A stretch of 62,274 nt of DNA from Minisyncoccota bacterium. Its GTDB lineage: Bacteria > Patescibacteriota > Minisyncoccia > Minisyncoccales > RBG-13-42-11. Under the pieces are notes generated by a model, which saw only the letters and a list, made by a program, of their open reading frames with translations, did no database searches and was not told the origin of the DNA. This document shows, one piece after another, positions 28,184 through 36,537 of the stretch (positions are counted from its first letter, which is position 1; the number at the start of each line of letters is the position of its first letter). The translations under genes and the position numbers were made by a program. Where the stretch lies: assembly GCA_028712445.1 (NCBI GenBank), contig JAQTPY010000002.1, positions 1 to 62,274 on the forward strand, written 5' to 3'.

Positions 28184-30798
28184 GATTTTTGGCTGTTAAA
28201 CTTAATTTTTTCCCGTGAAATGAAAAACCATTTCGTTGCTTCCACAAAAATCAGCTCTGCTATGCCCATAGAAATCACGATCAGCCAGTCTGACTGATCT
28301 AAAGAAACTGTTCTGAGCAAGTTTTGTAAAGGCGGAAGGTAAACAGCCGAAAGGAGCATTAACATTCCTATCAGAACCGCTCCCACTAAAAATTTATTTG
28401 AAAATATGTTCATCTGCCAGATATTTTTTCTCAAACTCTTGCAGGAAAATACATAAAAAAGGGACTGAATGGCAAGGCATGAGAAGATCATCGTCCTGAT
28501 ATGGGCAATATCATATCCTGCTTTCCATAACCACAGGAAGAGACCCAGCAACATCAGATCAGTAATTATCCCTATGGCAAATATGATTATTTTCATTTCC
28601 TTGGTAAAAAGAGGGACATCTTTCTCTGCGGGCCTTCTCTTCATCAAATCATCTTCTTTGGGTTCAAAAGCCAAAGCTGTATCGGGAAGGCCGTCTTCAA
28701 CCAAATTGATCCATAAAATCTGGGCAGGAAGGATGGGCAAAGGAAACCCTAAAGCCAAAGCGCCGCCAATTAAAATCACTTCCGAAAAACTGTTTGAAAG
28801 AACGTAGGTGATTACCTTTCTAATATTGTCCATTATTGCTCTTCCCTCTTCGACTGCAGCCACAATAATACTGAAATTGTCATCTAAAAGCACTAAATCC
28901 GCGGTTTCTTTAGCCACCTCGGTGCCTGACCCTAAAGCGATCCCTATATCAGCTTTTTTTAATGCCGGGGCATCGTTAATCCCGTCTCCGGTCATGGCCA
29001 CCACAGCTCCCATCCTCTGCCACGCCGAAACTATTCTCATTTTATGTTTGGGCTCTACTCTAGCATAAATCATGATCTTATCCATTTTCTTTTCCAGTTC
29101 TTTATCAGAAAGCAATTCTAAATCTTTTCCCTCAAGTATGTTTTCTTCACCAACTTTATATCCCATTTTTAAAGCCAGACTCCGGGCTGTCAGCTTATGG
29201 TCACCGGTAATAATCAAAGGTCTTAATCCTGCCTTGGCGCATGCATCCAAAGAAGCCCGAGCATCCGGCCTCAAAGGATCCTCCAAAGAAATGAAACCCA
29301 GAAAATCAAGCTCCTTCATTTCTCCTTCCAAAACAGAGGAACCCGGCTTGAATTTTGAAATCTTTTTGAAAGCGGCGGCCACCACCCTCTGACCGTTCTC
29401 AGTCAGCCGTCTTAAGGTTTTTTTTGCGCTTTCTTTTTCCTGGTCGCTCATTTTTGAAAAAGAAAACATCTTTTCCGGAGCGCCCAAAACGTAAAGGTTG
29501 AATTTGTTCACTGAAGCCAAAGTTAGACTGGCAGCATATTTTCTTACACCATCAAAAGGAATTTCATCTATCTCTTCTTCTTTCTTTAAAATATCTTCTT
29601 TCAAAATGCCTGCCATAAGAGAAGCTTCCAAAAGCGCTTTATCTGTCGGTCTCCCTTTGATTCTCCATTTGTCTGAGACATCTCTTGGATTTTCAATATA
29701 AGCTTCATTGCAGAGAGCTGCAATTTTAAGTATCAGCTTCCTGGTCGAACTCTTATTGTCCTGAGCCAGCACTTCCTCAACCCTCATTTTTCCCTGAGTT
29801 AAGGTGCAGGTTTTGTCTGCTGCAATAACGGTGGCTCCTCCCAAAGTTTCTGCAGCCAAGAGCTTCCTGACCAAACCTTGTCTTTTTAAAATTCTTCGCA
29901 TCCCTAAGGCCAGAATTATGGTAAGGGCCATGGGCAACCCTTCAGGAATTGAAGCCACAGCAATGGCAACAGACGTGGTAAACATCTCAAGAAAAGTATT
30001 TCTGGTAACTAGCCCTTCAATGAAAATCAAAAAGGCGATGCAGACCACCGAAAACCCTATTATTTTGCTTAGATTGGCAAACTTTTTTTGGAGCGGAGTT
30101 TCTTCTTCTTTTGTTTCTTTTATTATTTCAGCCAACCGCCCTAACTCTGTTTCTTTTCCGGTTTCCGTAGCCACAACCCTTCCCTTGCCGTCTTCAACAA
30201 TAGTTCCCATATAAACCATATTATCTCTGTCAGCCAGCCGGGTTTCTTTGGCTAAAACCCCTGTTTTCTTTTTCGCCGGCAGCCATTCACCGCTCAAAAT
30301 CATTTCATTCATTTTTAAATTATGGCTTTCAATAACTCTGCCGTCCGCCGGAACCTTATCTCCGGGATCCAATATAAAAATGTCGCCCGGAACCATATTA
30401 AGGGAATCAATGAATTTTATGCCTCCCTCCCTTATTACCTTAGCCTCTTTTTTGATTATTTTTCTTAGCTCATCTAAGGTCCTGGAAGCTTTGCTTTCCT
30501 GAAAAAACCCTAAAAGAGTGTTTAAAATTACCGCGCAAAAGATTACAACACTGTCTGAATAGTCTTTTAAAAGAAGAGTGATAAAACCAGATAAAATTAA
30601 AATATAGATTAAGGGATTATTGAACTGGTTCAACAGAATCCTCAGCTGGGGCTGTTTTCTTTCTTCAGAAATCCTATTCTTGCCGAATTTTTCCTGGAGA
30701 CCGACCACTTCTCTTGCGCTCAAACCTTTCTTAAAATCACTCCCTAAAAGTTTGAGAGTATCCTCTATAGTAAGATTATGCCAAAAGAAATTGGTCAT
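28180..30798 (-). CDS. Cation-transporting P-type ATPase (type II-like)
   Basis: PEGL, DKTCTLT, GAPE, DPLR, ITGD, ARVEP, TGDGINDAPALK, WINLVED. Confidence 0.93.
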   Translation of the reverse strand: MTNFFWHNLTIEDTLKLLGSDFKKGLSAREVVGLQEKFGKNRISEERKQPQLRILLNQFNNPLIYILILSGFITLLLKDYSDSVVIFCAVILNTLLGFFQESKASRTLDELRKIIKKEAKVIREGGIKFIDSLNMVPGDIFILDPGDKVPADGRVIESHNLKMNEMILSGEWLPAKKKTGVLAKETRLADRDNMVYMGTIVEDGKGRVVATETGKETELGRLAEIIKETKEEETPLQKKFANLSKIIGFSVVCIAFLIFIEGLVTRNTFLEMFTTSVAIAVASIPEGLPMALTIILALGMRRILKRQGLVRKLLAAETLGGATVIAADKTCTLTQGKMRVEEVLAQDNKSSTRKLILKIAALCNEAYIENPRDVSDKWRIKGRPTDKALLEASLMAGILKEDILKKEEEIDEIPFDGVRKYAASLTLASVNKFNLYVLGAPEKMFSFSKMSDQEKESAKKTLRRLTENGQRVVAAAFKKISKFKPGSSVLEGEMKELDFLGFISLEDPLRPDARASLDACAKAGLRPLIITGDHKLTARSLALKMGYKVGEENILEGKDLELLSDKELEKKMDKIMIYARVEPKHKMRIVSAWQRMGAVVAMTGDGINDAPALKKADIGIALGSGTEVAKETADLVLLDDNFSIIVAAVEEGRAIMDNIRKVITYVLSNSFSEVILIGGALALGFPLPILPAQILWINLVEDGLPDTALAFEPKEDDLMKRRPAEKDVPLFTKEMKIIIFAIGIITDLMLLGLFLWLWKAGYDIAHIRTMIFSCLAIQSLFYVFSCKSLRKNIWQMNIFSNKFLVGAVLIGMLMLLSAVYLPPLQNLLRTVSLDQSDWLIVISMGIAELIFVEATKWFFISREKIKFNSQKS

Positions 30799-30825
30799 TG
30801 TCTCTGTTTGATTCGATTGTCTTGC

Positions 30826-31215
30826 TTATTTAATATCGCAAAATTTTCCCAGAATCTTCTTTGCCCCTTCCACATTTTCTTCTTCAACCATCAGATAATC
30901 TGTCTCGTAAGTGGAGATATAAAATATGCTTATTTCTTCATCAGACAATGGCTTAGACAGCGCTGAAACCACGCCAGTCAAGGTGAAGCCTAAGGGACCT
31001 AAAATCTTAAAAACCCTCCATTCACCCTCAAATAAGACACCTGCGGGAATATTTTCCTGGGGGCAAATTATAGACAGTTCATCCTGAGTCCTTGAGACGG
31101 ATGAGAAAATACCTTCTTTTTGCGCCCATTCAGGAATTTCGCTATTTTTATTCAGATGGCAAATTCCCAATTTTCCGGGAAGCAAAGCTAATGAAAGTCT
31201 TTTTGTTGGCTCCAT
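30826..31215 (-). CDS. ACT-domain protein
   Basis: SRTQDELSIIC, GPLGFTLTGV, ISTYETDYLMV. Confidence 0.88.
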   Translation of the reverse strand: MEPTKRLSLALLPGKLGICHLNKNSEIPEWAQKEGIFSSVSRTQDELSIICPQENIPAGVLFEGEWRVFKILGPLGFTLTGVVSALSKPLSDEEISIFYISTYETDYLMVEEENVEGAKKILGKFCDIK

Positions 31216-31324
31216 ATTGTTTACTTAATGCTAATTCCTGAAATTATATCATACAAAAGAAAAGAGCCCAAATAAGATTTTTTTATTCGGGCCTTATAAT
31301 TAAACATATTAAATGTTAAAAGAA

Positions 31325-32032
31325 CTATTTCTGGGCTTCCAAAGTGAGATCTTTCTCGAACTGAAGCCGTATCATCTCGTTATTCAGTTTGATTGAAGGC
31401 TGCCAATAACCCAAATCATAGGGACCCAAGCCGGCGAGATTACTTTTATCCTCCCCCATTTCAATGTAGATGTAAGGAATATATCTGGAAGGAGAAATGG
31501 GCATAAGCTCAATTACTCGACCATCCCTTTCCAGCCAGACGTGAGCCACATCAAGCTGACTATATTTGTCTATTAAATTATTGGGCACGCCTTCGACGTC
31601 GCCTCCGACCAAATCTATCCTGTCCTGCGGATTCTTAAGCTTCAGCAACCAAAAAGCTAGAACTGAACGATGGCGACAAACCCCTAAGTCTGCTTTGTCG
31701 AGATAGTCTTTGATTTCCTGGTCTGAAGAGAACTTTTGGTTTTTAAGCACTTCCTGGGCCTGAATAAATCCCTGGTCCAGTAATGCCAAATACCACCAAC
31801 CGCGGGCATTCCCCTGATCCAAATAATCCTCAAAGGTCGGCTTGCCAGCATACTGGCGAGAGATGAATTTGCTGAAATATCCTTCTTTTTCCTCAGCTAA
31901 TTGAGGAACGGGAGTTAAATTTGTTTTTACAATAGCTCCTTTAACAAGCGCGCCTGACAGCGCTCCTCCTCCCAATATCAATACACCAATCAAGACCAGA
32001 AGATAAATAGGGACTGATAATTTATTCTTCAA
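31325..32032 (-). CDS. Secreted/anchored transglutaminase-like (papain-fold) protein
   Basis: Signal anchor; GVCRHRS, AHVWLE, VIELM; TTG start 8 nt after GGAGG. Confidence 0.55.
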   Translation of the reverse strand: MKNKLSVPIYLLVLIGVLILGGGALSGALVKGAIVKTNLTPVPQLAEEKEGYFSKFISRQYAGKPTFEDYLDQGNARGWWYLALLDQGFIQAQEVLKNQKFSSDQEIKDYLDKADLGVCRHRSVLAFWLLKLKNPQDRIDLVGGDVEGVPNNLIDKYSQLDVAHVWLERDGRVIELMPISPSRYIPYIYIEMGEDKSNLAGLGPYDLGYWQPSIKLNNEMIRLQFEKDLTLEAQK

Positions 32033-32069
32033 AACTCATTACCTCCTTCATTTGCCTATTTACCGAATG

Positions 32070-32144
32070 CGCCCTCAACCAGATTTGAACTGGTGTTACC
32101 AGGATGAGAACCTGGCGTCCTGGACCGGGCTAGACGATGAGGGC
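32070..32144 (-). tRNA. tRNA-Glu(CTC), CCA not encoded
   Basis: GCCCTCA/TGAGGGC acceptor; CCAGG-TTCTCAT-CCTGG anticodon arm; TTCAAAT T loop. Confidence 0.95.
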
Positions 32145-32208
32145 AAGCCACGAATTAACTTTCTTTCTCTAATAGTCTATCATAAAATGATGAAATTTCA
32201 ATGTTAAA

Positions 32209-32239
32209 GGATGTGCTTAGCCCGACCCCGCACATCCCC
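32209..32239. repeat. GGATGTGC element, copy 3
   Basis: GGATGTGC-ttagcccgacccc-GCACATCCCC; reverse complement of copy 4. Confidence 0.85.
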
Positions 32240-32293
32240 AAAAAAAATAAAAGCCCAGTTTTTGCCGAGCTTTTATTCTTCCGGAAACAAACA

Positions 32294-32428
32294 CTATTTT
32301 TTGTTGATGTATTTCCAGAGAGCGACGACACCGAGGATGAGTAAAATCGTGACCAAGAGGTAGGATGTCCAGGCAAAAAACATCATCCCACCGCCCCCCG
32401 CTCCGCCCATCATTCCATAGTCCATCAT
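32294..32428 (-). CDS. 44-aa single-TM small protein, absent from the ORF track
   Basis: MMDYGMMGGAGGGGMMFFAWTSYLLVTILLILGVVALWKYINKK*; Met/Gly-rich head, TM, basic tail. Confidence 0.8.
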   Translation of the reverse strand: MMDYGMMGGAGGGGMMFFAWTSYLLVTILLILGVVALWKYINKK

Positions 32429-32522
32429 GTTTTCTCTATTTTATTTAAATATGATAATTGTTCCGACCTTTAAAAACGATTACATTATTTTATCAAAACC
32501 GCCTCGACAAGAAGGCAATAAA

Positions 32523-33080
32523 TCAAACTGCATTTCTTGCTTCCGCAGGCTTTAATGCCTGAGAAACTTCAACCAAATTCAATCCTAAACTTAATCCCAC
32601 TCCTGCCGCCAATAAAACTGCAGAAATTTTGTCGTCGCTGAACTCCTCTCCAATCCAGACCGGCACCAGGCTGCCCGCATATTTTATTTTAAAATTCAAT
32701 TTTTCTCCATCCATGACATTGCTGGCTTCAAGATTAAATTCCTTTCCGGAATCCAAAGCCAAAACTTTGATAGATTTCTTTTCTTTATAGATTATGAAGC
32801 CCTTCGTAAAGGGCAAGGGATCTAACCCATCAGGACGGTCTGCCACTAAAATTGCCACCTCAGATGCATTGACCAGGGATTTTAATTGAGACGAGTCATT
32901 TAAATCAACATCATAAAGCATAACATCTTTTCCTATCTCAAAACGCTGACCCAAAACCTGCCCGACAAACTCCTTAGTCAGGCTTTTTTGCTCGCCCGAA
33001 ATCATAATTATCTTTGGCTTTTTTTGAAAAAGATTAAAACGGTTTAAAAATTTCATGATTAAAGACAGCATATTACTCAT
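32523..33080 (-). CDS. Degenerate Mur-ligase-like (MurF middle-domain) protein
   Basis: Follows ftsI; SAVLLAAGVGLSLGLNLVEVSQAL resembles the Mur middle-domain end; no P-loop. Confidence 0.4.
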   Translation of the reverse strand: MSNMLSLIMKFLNRFNLFQKKPKIIMISGEQKSLTKEFVGQVLGQRFEIGKDVMLYDVDLNDSSQLKSLVNASEVAILVADRPDGLDPLPFTKGFIIYKEKKSIKVLALDSGKEFNLEASNVMDGEKLNFKIKYAGSLVPVWIGEEFSDDKISAVLLAAGVGLSLGLNLVEVSQALKPAEARNAV

Positions 33081-34695
33081 AATCGGGAGGAATTTGATAG
33101 TAATCGATTATATATTTTGCCATTTGTTTGAAAAGAGGAACCGCTGAAAATTCAGCGCTTTTGGTTTGAGGATTGTCCAATTTGACTAAAATGATGAATT
33201 GAGGGCTGAAAGCCGGAGCAAAACCTATAAAGCTTTGCCATGTCTTTTCTGAATAACCGGTTCTGTTAACGTTCAGGGAAGACCAGGGAACCTGGGAAGT
33301 TCCAGTTTTCCCGGCAATATAATAATTGGCGATCTTTGCGGGTTTTCCGTAGCCGTTCTCGATCACGCTGACCATCATTGACGCTAATTGGGAAGCGGCT
33401 TTCGGGGAAACTATCTCTTTTAGCGAAACCTTGGGATCAATAATTTTTTCCTCCATACCATTGGAAACTTTTTCTACCAGATAAGGCGTCACCAGTTTTC
33501 CGCTGTTGGTGATAGCCGAGAATGCCCTTACCAGTTGAAGCGGAGTCATTTCAAGCCCCTGCCCGAAGGCCGCTGTGGCATAATTCACCTCGTACCCTTT
33601 TTTTAATTCTTTGTTTTCCGAATATACTTCTTTTAAATCTATGCCTGTGGGCTCAAACACCCCGAAATTCTCAATGTATTTCATGAAATTGACGTGTCCC
33701 AATTTCTGTTCGGCAAAAACCGCTCCCGTGTTGATTGATTTTTCAAGAACATTGGTCATGGTCAGTTTGCCGGGATAAACTCTCTGCTCATAATTATATA
33801 TTGACCACTTCCCTATTTTAATAACTCCTGAATCTTCGTATGTTGTCAGGGGCGTGATCACGCCCTGGTCCAACGCTGAAACCATGGTAATGGGTTTAAA
33901 AATGGAACCTGGCTCAAATATTTTCTGAGTGGCCCCATTCTGAAAAACATTTAGATCCGATACCTTGGAATACTGATTCGGGTTAAAATTTGGATAGTTA
34001 GCCAAAGCTCTTATCTTACCCGTTTCAGCCTCCATAACAATCACCTGCCCTCCTTCAATATTTAGATTTGTCTTGGCATCTTTCAGCAGCTTTTCGGCGG
34101 TAAATTGAACCGCGTAATCTAAAGTCAGAGTGATGTCGTCCCCTGATTTTTTTCTGTCTTCAGATAAAATACCGTCATAATACTCTTCAAGCCCGTATTG
34201 TCCTTCTTTTTCAGCATTAAGAAATCCGACCACCTGGGACGCAAGCTCTTCGTGCGGATAATATCTTCCTGCTTCCTTTTTCAAATACACACCCTTAAGA
34301 CAGGCCTCCTTTATTTTTTTTGCTTCATCCTGATCTATACGCTTCTTTAGAATGGTATAAATATCATTTGTAGCCAGTTTCTCTAAAACCGAATCTCTGT
34401 CTAAATTTAAAAACAAAGCCAGATCCTCCGCTGTTCTGTCTTTTTCGGTAATTTCCCTGGGAGAAACAACAACCAGGGGCCATTCAGCATTAACAGCCAA
34501 AGGCTCTCCATCCTTAAAAAAAATCTCCCCCCGGCTGTTCTTTATTCTTTCTTCGATATTATAGAAAATCTGGCCCTGGGCCAGCGCTCCATAGTAACCA
34601 GCTTTTAGAATTTGAATGTCGTAAAGTTTAGCCAAAATGCCGGCGCCCAAAAAGAAGAAAAAGCATAAAACAATATTAACCCTCCAATTTTTCAT
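33073..34695 (-). CDS. ftsI: Class B penicillin-binding protein (FtsI/PBP2-like)
   Basis: EPGSIFK (SxxK), KSIN (SxN), AGKTGT; position in the dcw cluster. Confidence 0.88.
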   Translation of the reverse strand: MKNWRVNIVLCFFFFLGAGILAKLYDIQILKAGYYGALAQGQIFYNIEERIKNSRGEIFFKDGEPLAVNAEWPLVVVSPREITEKDRTAEDLALFLNLDRDSVLEKLATNDIYTILKKRIDQDEAKKIKEACLKGVYLKKEAGRYYPHEELASQVVGFLNAEKEGQYGLEEYYDGILSEDRKKSGDDITLTLDYAVQFTAEKLLKDAKTNLNIEGGQVIVMEAETGKIRALANYPNFNPNQYSKVSDLNVFQNGATQKIFEPGSIFKPITMVSALDQGVITPLTTYEDSGVIKIGKWSIYNYEQRVYPGKLTMTNVLEKSINTGAVFAEQKLGHVNFMKYIENFGVFEPTGIDLKEVYSENKELKKGYEVNYATAAFGQGLEMTPLQLVRAFSAITNSGKLVTPYLVEKVSNGMEEKIIDPKVSLKEIVSPKAASQLASMMVSVIENGYGKPAKIANYYIAGKTGTSQVPWSSLNVNRTGYSEKTWQSFIGFAPAFSPQFIILVKLDNPQTKSAEFSAVPLFKQMAKYIIDYYQIPPDYE

Positions 34696-34707
34696 TTCAA
34701 GATTATA

Positions 34708-35022
34708 TTACTTTGCCAAGGCCGTGCTCTCTAAAACGCGAACGTATTTGATGTTTGAAATTTTTTGAAAAGTCTGATTTTGAACGTAAGAAGTAAGATT
34801 ATTCAAAGAATTGGCTTTTGTAAAATTGATCTCCAAAGTCCTGTTCTCTTCATTCAACTGATTGATTCTGTCTTCGAAGGTTTGGATAGAGTAAAGAGAT
34901 CCTGTATAAACATTGACGTGAATTATTGAAAAAATAAAAAGAATGAAAGCGGCAAGAAACAATAAGACAAGCCAAAACTTATAACTGAATCCGTTTTGTA
35001 AAATAATCTGTGACTTTTGCAT
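34708..35022 (-). CDS. FtsL-like cell-division protein
   Basis: Single TM + coiled coil between rsmH and ftsI. Confidence 0.6.
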   Translation of the reverse strand: MQKSQIILQNGFSYKFWLVLLFLAAFILFIFSIIHVNVYTGSLYSIQTFEDRINQLNEENRTLEINFTKANSLNNLTSYVQNQTFQKISNIKYVRVLESTALAK

Positions 35023-35026
35023 ATGT

Positions 35027-35929
35027 TTATTTGGTTTGACTTATTGATCTAACTGCTGCTCTAAGCCTGCTTGACCTTGAGCGCGGATTAATTTTAATTT
35101 CGTCTTGGTTCGGCCTGATTGGTTTTTTAGTTATTAATTCTAAACTATTTTCCCTTACTTTGTCTCGAAAAAAATTCTTTACTATTCCGTCTTCCAAAGA
35201 ATGAAAGGAAATGACTGCCAGTCTCCCGCCCGGTCTTAGAATCTCAAATGCCTGACCAAGAGCTCTCTGAAGGTTGTTTAACTCATCATTAACCGCAATT
35301 CTTAAAGCTTGAAAGGTTCTGGTCGCAAAATGAATTTTCTGGCGCTGAATTGATTTAGGAATCGCTCTGCTCAAAATTTTGATCAAATCCTGGGTTGTCT
35401 CAATCTGCTTCTTGTTCCTTTGAGAAACGATCTCCTGAGCTATCTTCTTTGAAAACTTTTCCTCCCCATATTCCCTCAGTATTCTTTCTATTTCCACCAT
35501 TGACCAGAAATTCAGGATCTTTGCGGCAGTAATGGGAATTGAAGAATTAAACCTCATGTCTAAGGGCTCATTCCTCAAAAAAGTAAACCCTCTCTTGCTT
35601 TCCAGATGCCTGCTCGACATGCCTAGGTCCAACATTATGCCGGACACTTCCTGGAAATTCTCCCTTTCTTTTATTTCCTTTAAATTAGCAAAATTATCAT
35701 TAACCAATATCACTCTTTTCTCTGAGATTTCCTTTTTGAATCTTTCCTTGAGTCTAATGATATTTTCTTCATCCCAATCGATTCCCAGAACTTTCCCTTT
35801 CGGGGCGTTTTTTTCCAGTATCAGTTGAGCATGGCCGCCGTCACCCATCGTGCAGTCAATGAAATTCTCATCTTTTCCGGGCTTTAGACACTCAATTATT
35901 TCCCTTTGAAGAACAGGTATATGGGGCAT
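35027..35929 (-). CDS. rsmH: 16S rRNA m4C1402 methyltransferase
   Basis: HIPVL, DCTMGDGGH, DLGMSS, FQALRIAVNDEL, SFHSLED, NPRSRS. Confidence 0.97.
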   Translation of the reverse strand: MPHIPVLQREIIECLKPGKDENFIDCTMGDGGHAQLILEKNAPKGKVLGIDWDEENIIRLKERFKKEISEKRVILVNDNFANLKEIKERENFQEVSGIMLDLGMSSRHLESKRGFTFLRNEPLDMRFNSSIPITAAKILNFWSMVEIERILREYGEEKFSKKIAQEIVSQRNKKQIETTQDLIKILSRAIPKSIQRQKIHFATRTFQALRIAVNDELNNLQRALGQAFEILRPGGRLAVISFHSLEDGIVKNFFRDKVRENSLELITKKPIRPNQDEIKINPRSRSSRLRAAVRSISQTK

Positions 35930-35932
35930 TCT

Positions 35933-36364
35933 TTACACTCCTAATTCCTTTAATCTTTCAGCAATGTCTCCCACTGCAGCTTCTGTTTTCTTTTTGTAAT
36001 CATCCCATTTCTTGTCATCCCAAATTTCAATTCTATTCAAAACTCCCGCAACAACTATTTTCTTTTTTAAAAAAGCATATTCTTTTAAATAATCAGGAAT
36101 CAGAATTCTTCCTAAGTTGTCGATATTCACCTCCATGGCTCCTGCCAGCATCAGTCTGGCAAATCCCCTCGCATCAGCCTGAGATAAAGGAAGCTTAGCT
36201 AATTTTCCAATCAGCACTTCCCAATCCTTTGATTGATAAAGAAAAAGGCACTGATCAAGCCCTCTTGTTATTATGGCTTTCCTGCCTAAAATTTGCCTGA
36301 ACTTAGGAGGCAATGCCAATCTTTTCTTCTCATCAATCGAATATGAATACTCTCCTATAAACAT
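35933..36364 (-). CDS. mraZ: Division/cell-wall cluster transcriptional repressor MraZ
   Basis: MFIGEYSYSIDEKKR, DNLGRILIP, RIEIWD. Confidence 0.97.
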   Translation of the reverse strand: MFIGEYSYSIDEKKRLALPPKFRQILGRKAIITRGLDQCLFLYQSKDWEVLIGKLAKLPLSQADARGFARLMLAGAMEVNIDNLGRILIPDYLKEYAFLKKKIVVAGVLNRIEIWDDKKWDDYKKKTEAAVGDIAERLKELGV

Positions 36365-36368
36365 TAGC

Positions 36369-36439
36369 TTATCCACAGAATTGAATAGTTATTAACAGAT
36401 TTATCCACAATCTCCCACTGCATGTCCATTTTAACCCAC
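36369..36439 (-). promoter_or_regulatory. mraZ upstream region: MraZ-box-like repeats plus two perfect DnaA boxes
   Basis: GTGG(G/A)/ATGGA units at about 10-nt spacing (36404-36439); TTATCCACA at 36369-36377 and 36401-36409. Confidence 0.6.
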
Positions 36440-36537
36440 CCAAGACATCTAGTCAACCACCCTATACCATTACTTTTCCACAGTCAAAAGAAAATAAAAA
36501 AAGACCCTCAAACAGGGTCTGAAGATCAATTGATAAA

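Noticed and set aside
32155-32376. 73-aa minus-strand ORF from the track
   Set aside because: Overlaps, out of frame, the better supported 44-aa membrane ORF and runs through a palindromic repeat
36369-36409. Replication origin
   Set aside because: Only two DnaA boxes, no dnaA/dnaN nearby and no evident unwinding element; a promoter role is more economical
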